Shown: positions 19,342-30,280 of the stretch, piece by piece
Numbering within the stretch: position 1 is the first letter of the stretch
Layout: each line of letters begins with the position of its first letter
Origin: Candidatus Multivoradales bacterium
Lineage (GTDB): Bacteria; Acidobacteriota; Thermoanaerobaculia; Multivoradales; JAHEKO01
Length of the DNA stretch: 64,000 nt
Direction: 5' to 3'
NCBI GenBank assembly: GCA_965223875.1
Contig: OZ245024.1
Location: 4,810,315 to 4,874,314, forward strand
Program-made: the position numbers and the translations under genes
Notes under the pieces: generated by a model
Told to the model about the DNA's origin: nothing
Databases searched by the model: none
What the model saw: the letters and a program-made list of their open reading frames with translations, nothing else

Positions 19342-20568
19342 ATGGGAAAGAGACTCTCGCTGATCGCCCTCGCAACCCTGCTCACGGCTTGCGGCACCGC
19401 ACCGGAAGCCGAGGCGCCGGCGGAGGATCTCTGGACCAGAGCGCAGCGTCTGGCAGAGGAGAGCCTGATCGTCGATACACACATCGACGTGCCCTACCGT
19501 CTCGAGGAGGAGATGGCGGACATCACCGAGGCGACGGAGAGCGGAGACTTCGACTACCCCCGGGCCCACGCGGGCGGCCTCAACGTGGCTTTCATGTCGA
19601 TCTACGTCCCGGCCTCCTACCAGGAGACCGGTGGGGGCAAGGAGCTCGCCGAGCGACTGATCGAGATGGTCGAGGGCTTCGAGTCGGCGGCGCCCGACAA
19701 GTTCGCTGTCGCGACCTCCGTCGCCGATGTACGCGAGCAGTTCGAGCGCGGCGTCATCTCGCTGCCGATGGGTATGGAGAACGGCGCGCCGATCGGGGAC
19801 GACCTGGCCAACCTGGCCCATTTCCATCGGGCCGGTATCCGCTACATCACGCTGACGCATTCGGCGAACAACCTGATCTGTGACTCCTCGTACGCTCGCG
19901 AGAGGCGGTGGAACGGGCTCTCGCCCTTCGGTCGCGAGGTCGTCGCCGAGATGAACCGGCTGGGGATCATGGTCGACGTCTCCCACGTGTCGGACGACAC
20001 CTTCTACCAGGTCATCGAGCTGAGCGAGGCGCCGGTGATCGCGTCGCACTCGTCGAGCCGTCGCTTCACGCCCGGCTTCGAGCGCAACATGGACGACGAC
20101 ATGCTCCGGGCGCTGGCCGGGAACAGTGGCGTCATCCAGATCAACTTCGGGTCGGCCTTCCTGCGCGAGGACGCGAACCAGGCGAGCCTCCAGGGCTTCA
20201 TGGCGTTGGCGGCCTACCAGGAGGAGAACGGCCTCGAGGATGGCGATCCCGCGCTCGTGGAGTTCCGTCGGACCTACCTGGAGGAGAACCCCCAGATCTA
20301 TGCGGACATCGCCGATGTGGTGGCCCATATCGATCACGTGATCGATGTCGTCGGAATCGACCACGTCGGTATCGGCTCCGACTACGACGGTGTCGGCGAC
20401 TCGCTGCCGAGGGGGCTCAAGGACGTCTCCACCTACCCCAACCTGGTCTACGAGCTGCTCAAGAAGGGGTATTCGGAGGAGGACGTGCGGAAGATCCTGG
20501 GGGAGAACCTGATGCGTGTATGGGCCGAGGTGGAGGCGGTGGCGGCCGAGCCTCGAGTCGGCGGGTAG
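19342..20568 (+). CDS. Membrane dipeptidase (peptidase M19), probable lipoprotein
   Basis: IVDTHID, GMENG, YITLTHS, MVDVSH, IASHS and GIGSDYDG; lipobox LTAC. Confidence 0.92.
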   Translation: MGKRLSLIALATLLTACGTAPEAEAPAEDLWTRAQRLAEESLIVDTHIDVPYRLEEEMADITEATESGDFDYPRAHAGGLNVAFMSIYVPASYQETGGGKELAERLIEMVEGFESAAPDKFAVATSVADVREQFERGVISLPMGMENGAPIGDDLANLAHFHRAGIRYITLTHSANNLICDSSYARERRWNGLSPFGREVVAEMNRLGIMVDVSHVSDDTFYQVIELSEAPVIASHSSSRRFTPGFERNMDDDMLRALAGNSGVIQINFGSAFLREDANQASLQGFMALAAYQEENGLEDGDPALVEFRRTYLEENPQIYADIADVVAHIDHVIDVVGIDHVGIGSDYDGVGDSLPRGLKDVSTYPNLVYELLKKGYSEEDVRKILGENLMRVWAEVEAVAAEPRVGG

Positions 20569-20599
20569 GGCGTCGCGGCGGCGCCAGCTCCGTGTTGGA

Positions 20600-20839
20600 C
20601 TACGGCTCTACGATGCCTGGCGCGAGCCTGTCGAGCACGGTTTCGGAGAGGTGCCAGGCGTCGAGGGCTGAGAGGGAGGGCGTCCAGTTGATGTCGAACA
20701 CTACGGCCTCGCCGTCGCGGAGAACATAGTCGAACTTCCCGAGATCGAAGCCGAGGTCGGCGCGTAACCGGCGCAGCTCATCGGGGACAGGCGCCTCCTC
20801 GAGGTCGAAGGCGTCCGGGGAGAGGCCTGTGCTTCGTCG
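20600..20839 (-). pseudogene. 79-codon start-less gene remnant resembling the C-terminus of an ATP-grasp-like protein
   Basis: Manual translation: RRSTGLSPDAFDLEEAPVPDELRRLRADLGFDLGKFDYVLRDGEAVVFDINWTPSLSALDAWHLSETVLDRLAPGIVEP*. No start codon; lies in frame directly after the glycosylase TGA. Confidence 0.5.
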
Positions 20840-21460
20840 TCACGTCCTGCTCCGTTCGAGGATTCGCCACAGGTACCAGCAGGCCTGCGACCTGTGCGGT
20901 CGCCAGGGCTCTGCGAGCGAGAGCATCCGCTCGCGGTCGGGTAGCTCCTCGAGGTCGTACAGCAGTTGCATCCCCTGCTGGATGCCGTAGTCGCCGAGTG
21001 GCAGAACGTCGGGCCGCAGGAGATCGAACATCAGGAAGATCTCGGCGGTCCAGGGACCGATGCCGCGGACCGTGGTCAGCATCTCGACGATCTCGGCGTC
21101 CGCCAGGCGATTGAAGCGGCGCGGTTGCACCACGGCGTCGAGATAGGCGTGCGCCAGGTCGCCGAGGTAGGTCGCCTTCTGACGTGACAGGCCGGCGCCG
21201 CGGAGCGCCTCGAGGCTCGTCTCGGCGACCTCGCCGGGTGTCGGAAACCGGCCCTCGGGATAGAGACGGAGGAATCGGCCGAAGACGGCCTCAGCCGCTG
21301 TGGCGGCCACCTGCTGATAGATGATGGCGCGGCTCAGGCTGCGGAAGCTGTTGCGCGTGCGTTTCCAGGGCGGTGGCCCGTAGATTCGGTGGATCTCGTC
21401 GAATCGGGGCTCGAGACGCGCCAGTCGACGGGCGATCTCTTCCCGGGCTCCCTCGGCCAT
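20840..21460 (-). CDS. alkA: DNA-3-methyladenine glycosylase II (AlkA/HhH-GPD family)
   Basis: AIIYQQV, GLSRQKA, HhH motif VRGIGPWTAEIFLMF, DVLPLGD and WRPHRS. Confidence 0.85.
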   Translation of the reverse strand: MAEGAREEIARRLARLEPRFDEIHRIYGPPPWKRTRNSFRSLSRAIIYQQVAATAAEAVFGRFLRLYPEGRFPTPGEVAETSLEALRGAGLSRQKATYLGDLAHAYLDAVVQPRRFNRLADAEIVEMLTTVRGIGPWTAEIFLMFDLLRPDVLPLGDYGIQQGMQLLYDLEELPDRERMLSLAEPWRPHRSQACWYLWRILERSRT

Positions 21461-21464
21461 CGAC

Positions 21465-23393
<1,929 letters not shown>

Positions 23394-23448
23394 GGGGGGC
23401 GGAGATTAGCATGGCGACCGCCGTCGGGATCGGTGCGAGAATGCCGGC

Positions 23449-24309
23449 ATGCGAGGCTCCGACGCAGTCCAGAGACGCCGTTCCGGAGGTCTGTGGGCCG
23501 CCACCGCGGTGCTCCTCTCGTTGGTGACGTCCGCGGCTCCGGGGCGGGCCCTGGAGCCCTGGGGGAAGGCCGGTCTCGCTCCGCCCGGTGGCGCCGGGTC
23601 GACCGCTGATCCGGCAGCTCCCGGTCCGACTTCGGTGCTCGCTCAGGGGACTCCCGACGGGGAGACCCAGCGGCAGGATCCCGCCGAGGTGTGGCGCCAG
23701 CGCCTGCTGGAGATCGGCAGCGATCTGCTGGCCGGGGAGTACTCGCGGGCGGAGAGCCTGTCGGCCGAGCTCGGACGCGAGATGGCCGACACCATCGTCG
23801 GCGGGGCGGGCGCCGATCTGCTGCTCGCCATGACCACGACCTACCACGCCCTGGCGCTGGCCGGTCTGGGACGGGGAGAGGAGGCCGTCTGGGACTGGCA
23901 GGTGGCGCAGCAGCTCTACCCCCGGGTCGCCGAGGTCGACCTGACGCGCTTCGGTTCGACCGGCGCCTTTCTCTCCATGCATCCACCCCGCACGCCGGTC
24001 CGAGACAGTGAAGCGAGCCCGCGAACGGGCCGTTTCGAGCCGCCGGTCAAGGTCGACGCTCCGTTGCCCGAGTTCCCCGACGGCCGCGCCTATCGCGGCC
24101 TCGCCGTCGACGTGGTGGTCCAGCTCGTCATCGATGTCGAGGGCCGGCCGCGCGAGCCGTTGATCCTCGAGGCCGAGGGCGAGCCGACGCTGGTCTGGTC
24201 GACGCTCGAAGCCCTCAAGCGCTGGCGCTTCGAGCCGGCTCGTCGGGACGGCGAGCCCGAGGCGGCGCTCTACCGGCTGACCGCCAGCTTCGTCGTTCCC
24301 GCACAGTGA
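23449..24309 (+). CDS. Secreted protein with C-terminal TonB_C domain
   Basis: Signal-like N-terminus; C-terminal P.FP......V.VQLVIDVEGRP......ALKRWRFEPARRDGEP pattern of TonB_C. Confidence 0.7.
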   Translation: MRGSDAVQRRRSGGLWAATAVLLSLVTSAAPGRALEPWGKAGLAPPGGAGSTADPAAPGPTSVLAQGTPDGETQRQDPAEVWRQRLLEIGSDLLAGEYSRAESLSAELGREMADTIVGGAGADLLLAMTTTYHALALAGLGRGEEAVWDWQVAQQLYPRVAEVDLTRFGSTGAFLSMHPPRTPVRDSEASPRTGRFEPPVKVDAPLPEFPDGRAYRGLAVDVVVQLVIDVEGRPREPLILEAEGEPTLVWSTLEALKRWRFEPARRDGEPEAALYRLTASFVVPAQ

Positions 24310-24356
24310 CCGAACGGTTTCGATCGAGGCCCGGTTTCCGGTACGATTCCGGCGCC

Positions 24357-25373
24357 ATGCGAGTTCGTCCATTCATCGTCGCCTTCGCTTCTCTCGCCGT
24401 CGCCACCCTGACCCTGGCGGCACCCCTCCTTCCGCCGAGCCTGTCCATCCGCCTGCCCCAGAACGCTGTTGCCGTGGTGACCGCGCTCGAGGTGATCGAC
24501 ACCGATCACGTTCGCTTCCGGCGCGACCAGGTTCTGCAGGAAGATCGTGCCCTGGAGCAGACCAAGGAGGCCCCACCGGAGGAGATTCGCGTCAAGGTGG
24601 GCGAGGACGTCGCCGCCCGTGTCGAGGTGGGCAAGCAGTACGTGCTGGGCTACACCTCTCTCGACCCGGTGGCGAGCGATCGGCACACCTATTCGCCCTC
24701 CCCGGAGGGCTCCAGGATCGTCGTTCTCCCCGCCGTGGGGCCGGCGCTCTTCGAAGCGTCGCCGGCGATGCGCAAGTTGGCGACGCCACGCCCGACGGAC
24801 TCCGAGCTGGCCCCGCGCGACCGTCTCGACCTGATCGTCGCCCAGCTCGAGCTCCCCGAGCCGGAAGGACGCCTTTTCGTCCTCGCGGAGCTGGTGCTGT
24901 GGGTCGAGCTGCGTCCCGAGATCACCGACGAGGATCTGGCGCTGGTCCGCAGGCTGCTCGAGGAGGGACAGCTCGAGACCCGGGCCCGGGAGTACGTGCT
25001 GCGGGCGTTCATGCCGATCCGCGAGCAGGTCGGTGAGGAGTGGCTCGCCGCCGAGTGCCGGCGGGTCCTCGCCGAGAACGACAGTCAGCTCGATCTGTTG
25101 TCGCCCAACCCCAGCCTGGTCAACATGGCGTTGAACTCGTTGCGCGAGATGGGGACGGTCGAAGACGGCGAGGCCGCTCTCGAGTTCCTCCAGTCGAACA
25201 ACGAGAGCGTGAGCCTGGCCGCCTTCAGGGCCGCGGCGACGCTGGCGCCGGATCACACGGAAGAGGTGATGTCGAAGATCGTCTTCCACGAGGACCTGCC
25301 GCTCGACACGGAGCGAGCGGCGGTGCGTTTCCTGGCCGAGCGCCAGGCCGCCCGCCGGGACGCTGACGGGTAG
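24357..25373 (+). CDS. Hypothetical exported protein with helical (HEAT-like) C-terminal half
   Basis: Signal peptide MRVRPFIVAFASLAVATLTLA; Leu/Glu/Arg-rich helical repeats; no recognised family. Confidence 0.6.
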   Translation: MRVRPFIVAFASLAVATLTLAAPLLPPSLSIRLPQNAVAVVTALEVIDTDHVRFRRDQVLQEDRALEQTKEAPPEEIRVKVGEDVAARVEVGKQYVLGYTSLDPVASDRHTYSPSPEGSRIVVLPAVGPALFEASPAMRKLATPRPTDSELAPRDRLDLIVAQLELPEPEGRLFVLAELVLWVELRPEITDEDLALVRRLLEEGQLETRAREYVLRAFMPIREQVGEEWLAAECRRVLAENDSQLDLLSPNPSLVNMALNSLREMGTVEDGEAALEFLQSNNESVSLAAFRAAATLAPDHTEEVMSKIVFHEDLPLDTERAAVRFLAERQAARRDADG

Positions 25374-25484
25374 GCGAGACGACGGCGTCTGGGTTCGGGG
25401 GGACGGCGGGCAGCCTCACGGTGGTGCATGCGGGGGGCTCCCGGCGAGACCTTCCGACGCTGGCTGTCGCGCCCGAAGCCGCGT

Positions 25485-25513
25485 TTGACTATAGGGTTGC
25501 ATATGGCTAGACT
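25485..25513 (+). promoter_or_regulatory. Near-consensus sigma-70 promoter
   Basis: TTGACT (25485-25490), a 17-bp spacer, then TAGACT (25508-25513); upstream of the 25602 gene, which has a GGAGG RBS. Confidence 0.65.
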
Positions 25514-25601
25514 TCCGTCCCTAGTCACCCACCATGCTGCGGTTTGTCGCCCGCCCGAAGCGGGCCGGCCGACGGCACCAACAAGGGAGGATCCCATCAT
25601 C

Positions 25602-27512
25602 ATGAAGACCAGACGTTTCACCCTGGGTCTGGCTCTGCTGCTCGCCGTGGCAGTGGCCGCGCCCACCCTTGCACAGGACGTAGTCCGGATGGATCCGGTG
25701 CGCCCCGTCTTAGTGCCGCCCCTCCGCGACATGGACTTCGCGCCCGTGGCGCCCACCGGCTTCAACGTCGAGATCCCGATCCGCGTCGTTCCCGGAGGCT
25801 CCGAGATCGATAACGGTATCGTGTTCCCGGGAACCCAGCGTGAGCTGACCGGCGTCAACTCGCCGGCGCCCCTGGTGAACTTCATGGGGCAGTCGGACGA
25901 CGACAACGCCGCCACCGTCGGAACCCGCATCGTTCCGCCCGACACCGATGGCGGCGTCGGACCGAACCACTACGTGCAGTGGATCAACCTGATCGCGGAG
26001 ATCTACGACAAGAACGGCAACTCGGTTCTCGGTCCCTTCGCGGGCAACGCGTTCTTCACCGGTCTCGGCGCTCCCTGTGCCACCGGCAACAGCGGTGATC
26101 CGCTGACCATCTACGATCAAAAGAACGATCGCTGGGTGGTCTCGCAGTTCGCTCCGAACCAGGGTCGCCAGTGCATCGCGGTCTCCCTGACCAGCGACCC
26201 GACCGGCTCCTACTGGGCCTACGATGTTGCCGTGGGCGGCTTCAACGACTATCCGAAGCAGGGCCTCTGGCTCAACGACACGCGTGACGTCCTCAGCCTG
26301 ACCTACCGCAACTTCGGCGGACCGGGCGGCGGCATCAGCCTCGACTTCCAGGTCCTCGACTACGCCGCGATGCTCGGCGGCGGTGCGGCGGCCTCGGCCA
26401 TCTTCCGCTCCGGCGGCGCGCCCTTCCTCGAGGGGACCATCCCGGCGGACGTCGACGGTACGACCTACCCCTCCGGTGATCAGGCTCTCTTCGGTCGCGT
26501 GTCCAGCAACGGCGCGGCCTACGAGGTCTACGGCTTCGACGCCAACTTCGGCGGTGGTGTCCCGACCTGGAACGGCCTGATCGACACCGCCTCGATCGGT
26601 CCGATCGATCGTGGCATCGGCCGCGTGCCGCAGCCGGCTCCGGGTGAGCCGCTCGACGATCACTCGCAGTTCACCATGAACCGGATGGCCTTCCGCGAGT
26701 TCGGCGGCTACGACCAGATCCTGGTCGCGGCTTCGGCCGACTCGGGCGGCGATGTGGCGGCGGCCTACTGGGCCGAGCTGCGCAGCAACGCCAACGGCAG
26801 CACCAACTTCAGCGCCCACCAGGAGGGCATGTACTCGCCGAACAACTTCGGTCCGCGCCTCGAGCGCTGGATGGGCTCCATCGCGGCCGACAAGAACGGC
26901 AACATCGCTTACGGCTACTCGGCGTCCAACAGCGTCGCCATGCCGTCGGTCCGCTACGCCGGTCGCAAGGCGTCCGACACCCTAGGCATCCTGCGTGACG
27001 AGATCGTCGCGGCTGCTGGTGGCGGCGTCCAGACCGCGTCCGCCAACCGCTGGGGCGACTACTCGAACATGTCGGTCGATCCGACGGACGACTGCACGTT
27101 CTGGTACACCACCGAGTACTACGCCAATACGGGTGGTTTCGACTTCAAGACCCGCATCGTCAGCTTCCGCTTCGACGACTGTGGCGCGACCGGGACCTCC
27201 CCGTCGATCAGCATCGTCAGCGGTGCCTGCGGCGGCACGGTGACCATCCAGGGTACGGGCTTCGCCCCGAACTCCGAGGTCGCGATCGTTCGTTCGCCGA
27301 ACACCAACGGCTTCATCAAGGGTGGCCCGCAGTGCAACTCGGCCATCTTCGAGGTCGGCGAGCCGCTCGTCGGTGGACCTTTCTTCGCCTTCCCCGACGC
27401 CAGCGGTAACTTCAGCGTCGGTGTGTCGGTTCCGGCAGGTGCCTGCCTGGTCGAGGCTCTCGACTACGGCGGCGGCTGCGAGACCACGGGCGCCTTGGAC
27501 ACCAGTCCGTAA
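25602..27512 (+). CDS. Secreted Gly/Asn/Asp-rich protein of the uncharacterised PPDxxG.VGPNHYVQ / RWGDYS family, with a small Cys-containing C-terminal domain
   Basis: Signal peptide MKTRRFTLGLALLLAVAVAAPTLA; motifs PPDTDGGVGPNHYVQWIN, GDPLTIYDQKNDRW, DYPKQG, RWMGSIAADKNGNI and RWGDYSNMSVDPTDDCTFWYTTEY. Confidence 0.75.
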   Translation: MKTRRFTLGLALLLAVAVAAPTLAQDVVRMDPVRPVLVPPLRDMDFAPVAPTGFNVEIPIRVVPGGSEIDNGIVFPGTQRELTGVNSPAPLVNFMGQSDDDNAATVGTRIVPPDTDGGVGPNHYVQWINLIAEIYDKNGNSVLGPFAGNAFFTGLGAPCATGNSGDPLTIYDQKNDRWVVSQFAPNQGRQCIAVSLTSDPTGSYWAYDVAVGGFNDYPKQGLWLNDTRDVLSLTYRNFGGPGGGISLDFQVLDYAAMLGGGAAASAIFRSGGAPFLEGTIPADVDGTTYPSGDQALFGRVSSNGAAYEVYGFDANFGGGVPTWNGLIDTASIGPIDRGIGRVPQPAPGEPLDDHSQFTMNRMAFREFGGYDQILVAASADSGGDVAAAYWAELRSNANGSTNFSAHQEGMYSPNNFGPRLERWMGSIAADKNGNIAYGYSASNSVAMPSVRYAGRKASDTLGILRDEIVAAAGGGVQTASANRWGDYSNMSVDPTDDCTFWYTTEYYANTGGFDFKTRIVSFRFDDCGATGTSPSISIVSGACGGTVTIQGTGFAPNSEVAIVRSPNTNGFIKGGPQCNSAIFEVGEPLVGGPFFAFPDASGNFSVGVSVPAGACLVEALDYGGGCETTGALDTSP

Positions 27513-27535
27513 GCGTTCCTCTCGTTCGTAATCCG

Positions 27536-27566
27536 AACCCCTCGTCCTTCGGGACGAGGGGTTTTT
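27536..27566 (+). terminator. Rho-independent terminator
   Basis: 12-bp stem AACCCCTCGTCC/GGACGAGGGGTT with a TTCG loop and a T-run, 23 nt after the stop codon. Confidence 0.9.
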
Positions 27567-27570
27567 CTTG

Positions 27571-28743
27571 GTGCGCCAGGCATGGCGCGCAGCGCCATGA
27601 TCTGGCGCTGGATAACCGGCGAGCGAAAGCGGACCGGGAAGTGACTTTGGGGGTGCGAGTCCCCTGGAGGCCTTGATGGCGGGAACTCCTAGCCGAACAG
27701 CAACCGCTTCGTCGGGAGGCGCGGTGGGAAGGCAGCTGGAGGCAAAGCCCCGGCCCGAGTCACACGAACCGCATAAGAGGCGTCCGTGGGGTGGGCGAGG
27801 GGGCCAAGAAACCCGAAGCCCGATGCCATCCGGACCGTTCGGGCGTAGATGCGGCGGGTGTATGGGGCGAAGGTCACGCGTCTTACCCTGGGAGGTCTGC
27901 TCGTCTGCCGAGAGGCTAGCGGGGCCGCGCGGTGTCGCGAGGGGTGGGCAGAAGTCAGCCGAGGCCATAGTAGTCGCCGCACAGGGCGACGAAGGGCCGA
28001 ACACGAGGGAGTCGAGCTCGTGACGTTGCGTTCGACGGACGCAGGAGGCGCAGGAACGAGGGCTGAGAGGCCCGAGCGCTCCCGTGAGGTAGGCGGCGGA
28101 ACCGCCGAGGTAGCGGGAAGTGAGCGTCAAACGTCTGCGGCACGCAACGTCGGGACGAGCGAGGGGACTCCGGGACTCTTAGAGGAGGTGCTGTGCCGTG
28201 AGAACGTGATGGCAGCGTATCGCCGCGTGGTGTCGAACGGTGGGGCAGCGGGTGTCGACGGGATGCGTGTCGAGGATCTGATGCCGTACTGCCGCGAGCA
28301 CTGGGCGGCGATCCGGGAGGAGCTGTACAGGGGGACGTATCGACCCCAGCCTGTGCGACGGGTATCGATCCCGAAGCCGGGCGGGGGTGAACGTCTCCTG
28401 GGTATCCCCACGGTGCTGGACGAATGGATCCGCCGCAAGCTGCGCGTCATCTACTGGCGCCGGTGGAAGCGACCCAAGACCCGGTACCGAGAGCTCAGGC
28501 GCCGCGGGATCGATCCCGCGCGCGCTCGTGTCTCGGCGGGCAACGGTCGTGGACCGTGGTGGAATGCTGGCGCTCGCCACATGAACCACGCGGTACCGAC
28601 CCAGACCCTCCGCCGGATCGGACTCGTGAGCGTCCTCGACGAGCATCGGAGACTCCAGTGCCTCTCGTCAACCGCCGTGTACGGAACCGTATGCACGGTG
28701 GTGTGGGAGCCGGGGGCGGGTGACCGCCCTCCGGCTACCCGAT
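27571..28743 (+). mobile_element. Group II intron, bacterial class C (IIC), internally deleted
   Basis: 5' end GTGCGCCAGGCATGGCGC; domain V AACCGCCGTGTACGGAACCGTATGCACGGTGGT (CGC triad); domain VI ending CTACCCGAT; located 4-5 nt after a terminator, the known IIC target context. Confidence 0.88.
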
Positions 28744-28772
28744 TTGCCCTTTGGACCTCTCGCGCTCTCTGA
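28020..28772 (+). pseudogene. Group II intron reverse transcriptase/maturase with RT core deleted
   Basis: RT0-RT2 start (AYRRVVSNGGAAGVDG, YRPQPVRRVSIPKPGGGERLLGIPTVLD) is fused directly to domain X (EWIRRKLR...WKRPKTRY...GRGPWWNAG); no YADD motif. Confidence 0.88.
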
Positions 28773-28794
28773 ACCGCTGGCGCCTCGCGCCCGC

Positions 28795-30240
28795 TCAGAG
28801 TGAGCTTCGGGCGAGCTCTATCTCGCCCCGCAGGTCCTCGAGAGCCAGCTCCATCCGGTCCCTGTGGGTGCGGAAGGAGAGCACGCAGATGCGAACGACG
28901 AAGCGGCCGTCGAGCCGCGTCGCGGTGAGGTAGACCCGGCCACGGCGGTTGACGCCGAGCATGATCCGTTCGTTCAGAGCGTCGACCTCGTCGTCCGAGA
29001 GCTGCGGCGGCGCGTAGCGGAAGGCCAGCAGTGAGAGCTGCGGCGGGCAGGTGATCTCGAGGTGCTCGATCTTCGCCAGTTCCCCGGTGATCCACTCTGC
29101 CAGGTCGAGCTTCTCGTCCAGATTGAGACGGAAGGCCGAGAGACCGTGCATCTTGAACGGAAGCCAGACGCGCAAGCCGCGGAAGGGACGGGAGAGCTCG
29201 GGGGAGATCTCGCAGAAGTCGACGAGATCGGGATCGTCCTGGATCGGCGGCATGTAGTCCGCCGCCAGGCTGTGCGATCGCCGCAGTGCTTCGCCGTCGC
29301 GAACCAGAAGAGCGCCCGTTCCGTAGGGGAGAAACAGACCCTTGTGCGGATCGAGGACGATCGAGTCGGCGCGCTCGAGCCCGCCCATCACCCGTCGGCC
29401 CCGTTCGGTGAGGGCGAAAAAGCCCCCGTAGGCCGCGTCGACGTGCAGCCACAGCCCTTCGTCACGGGCGACGTCGGCCAGCTCGTCGAGCGGATCGACG
29501 GCGCCCGTGTTGGTGGTGCCGGCGTTGCCGTTGACCAGAAAGGGCCGAAGCCCGGCGTCGCGGTCGCGCCGCACGGCCTCGCGCAGGGCCTCGGGCCTGA
29601 GCCGCTGCCTCCCGTCGACTGGCAGCCGGCGCACGTTGGCGGCCGGGAAGCCGGCCAGCATGGCGGCCTTGGCGACCGAGTGGTGTGTCTGATCCGAGGC
29701 GTACAGGATGCCGTCCTGGAAGCTCTCCCCGAGGTGCTCCAGTCGCGCCGTGGTGAGGCCGGTCAGGTTCGCCAGCGAGCCCCCGGGAGTGAGAATGCCC
29801 CGGGCCGCGGCGGGGTAGCCGACGATGTCGCAGAACCAGCGCACCACATTGGCTTCGAGCTGTGCCACCGCGGGGGCCGCGGCGAACACCCCGGTGTAGC
29901 GGTTGAACGAGTCCGACAGCAGGTCGGCGACCGCGCTGTGGAAGAGTCCGCCGCCCGGAACGTAGGCGAGGTAGCCCGGCCCGGCGGTGTTGAAGCTCTT
30001 CGGAACGGCGCGCTGGAAGAGCAGGTCGAGAAGCTCGTCGGCAGGGACGCCGACTTCGGGAGGCATCGCTTCGGCGAGAGAACGGGCCACTTCGACCGCC
30101 CCTGCGGTGTCGGCCGAGGGTTGCTCGGGGAGCGACTCGATGTGCTCCACGATGCGAGCCATCGCCGCATCGACGAGAGCTCGCATCTCGCCGGCGGAGA
30201 GCTCGAGCGGATTCGTCTCCCGGTTCAATTCCCGGCTCAC
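28795..30240 (-). CDS. PLP-dependent group II decarboxylase (aromatic-L-amino-acid/glutamate decarboxylase family)
   Basis: GGSLANL, GTTNTGAVDP, WLHVDAAYGG and DSIVLDPHKGLF (PLP lysine). Confidence 0.9.
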   Translation of the reverse strand: MSRELNRETNPLELSAGEMRALVDAAMARIVEHIESLPEQPSADTAGAVEVARSLAEAMPPEVGVPADELLDLLFQRAVPKSFNTAGPGYLAYVPGGGLFHSAVADLLSDSFNRYTGVFAAAPAVAQLEANVVRWFCDIVGYPAAARGILTPGGSLANLTGLTTARLEHLGESFQDGILYASDQTHHSVAKAAMLAGFPAANVRRLPVDGRQRLRPEALREAVRRDRDAGLRPFLVNGNAGTTNTGAVDPLDELADVARDEGLWLHVDAAYGGFFALTERGRRVMGGLERADSIVLDPHKGLFLPYGTGALLVRDGEALRRSHSLAADYMPPIQDDPDLVDFCEISPELSRPFRGLRVWLPFKMHGLSAFRLNLDEKLDLAEWITGELAKIEHLEITCPPQLSLLAFRYAPPQLSDDEVDALNERIMLGVNRRGRVYLTATRLDGRFVVRICVLSFRTHRDRMELALEDLRGEIELARSSL

Positions 30241-30280
30241 TCCCCGCGAGTGGATTCTTTACGCGACCCGGACGACGGGG

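Noticed and set aside
20783-20795. GGGGACAGGCGCC, similar to the REP-like unit at 10117-10266
   Set aside because: Single copy, no partner arm, inside a coding-like remnant; probably chance.
20840-20842. AlkA TGA as a second selenocysteine codon
   Set aside because: It lies after the complete AlkA fold, has no Cys-equivalent context and no convincing SECIS hairpin.
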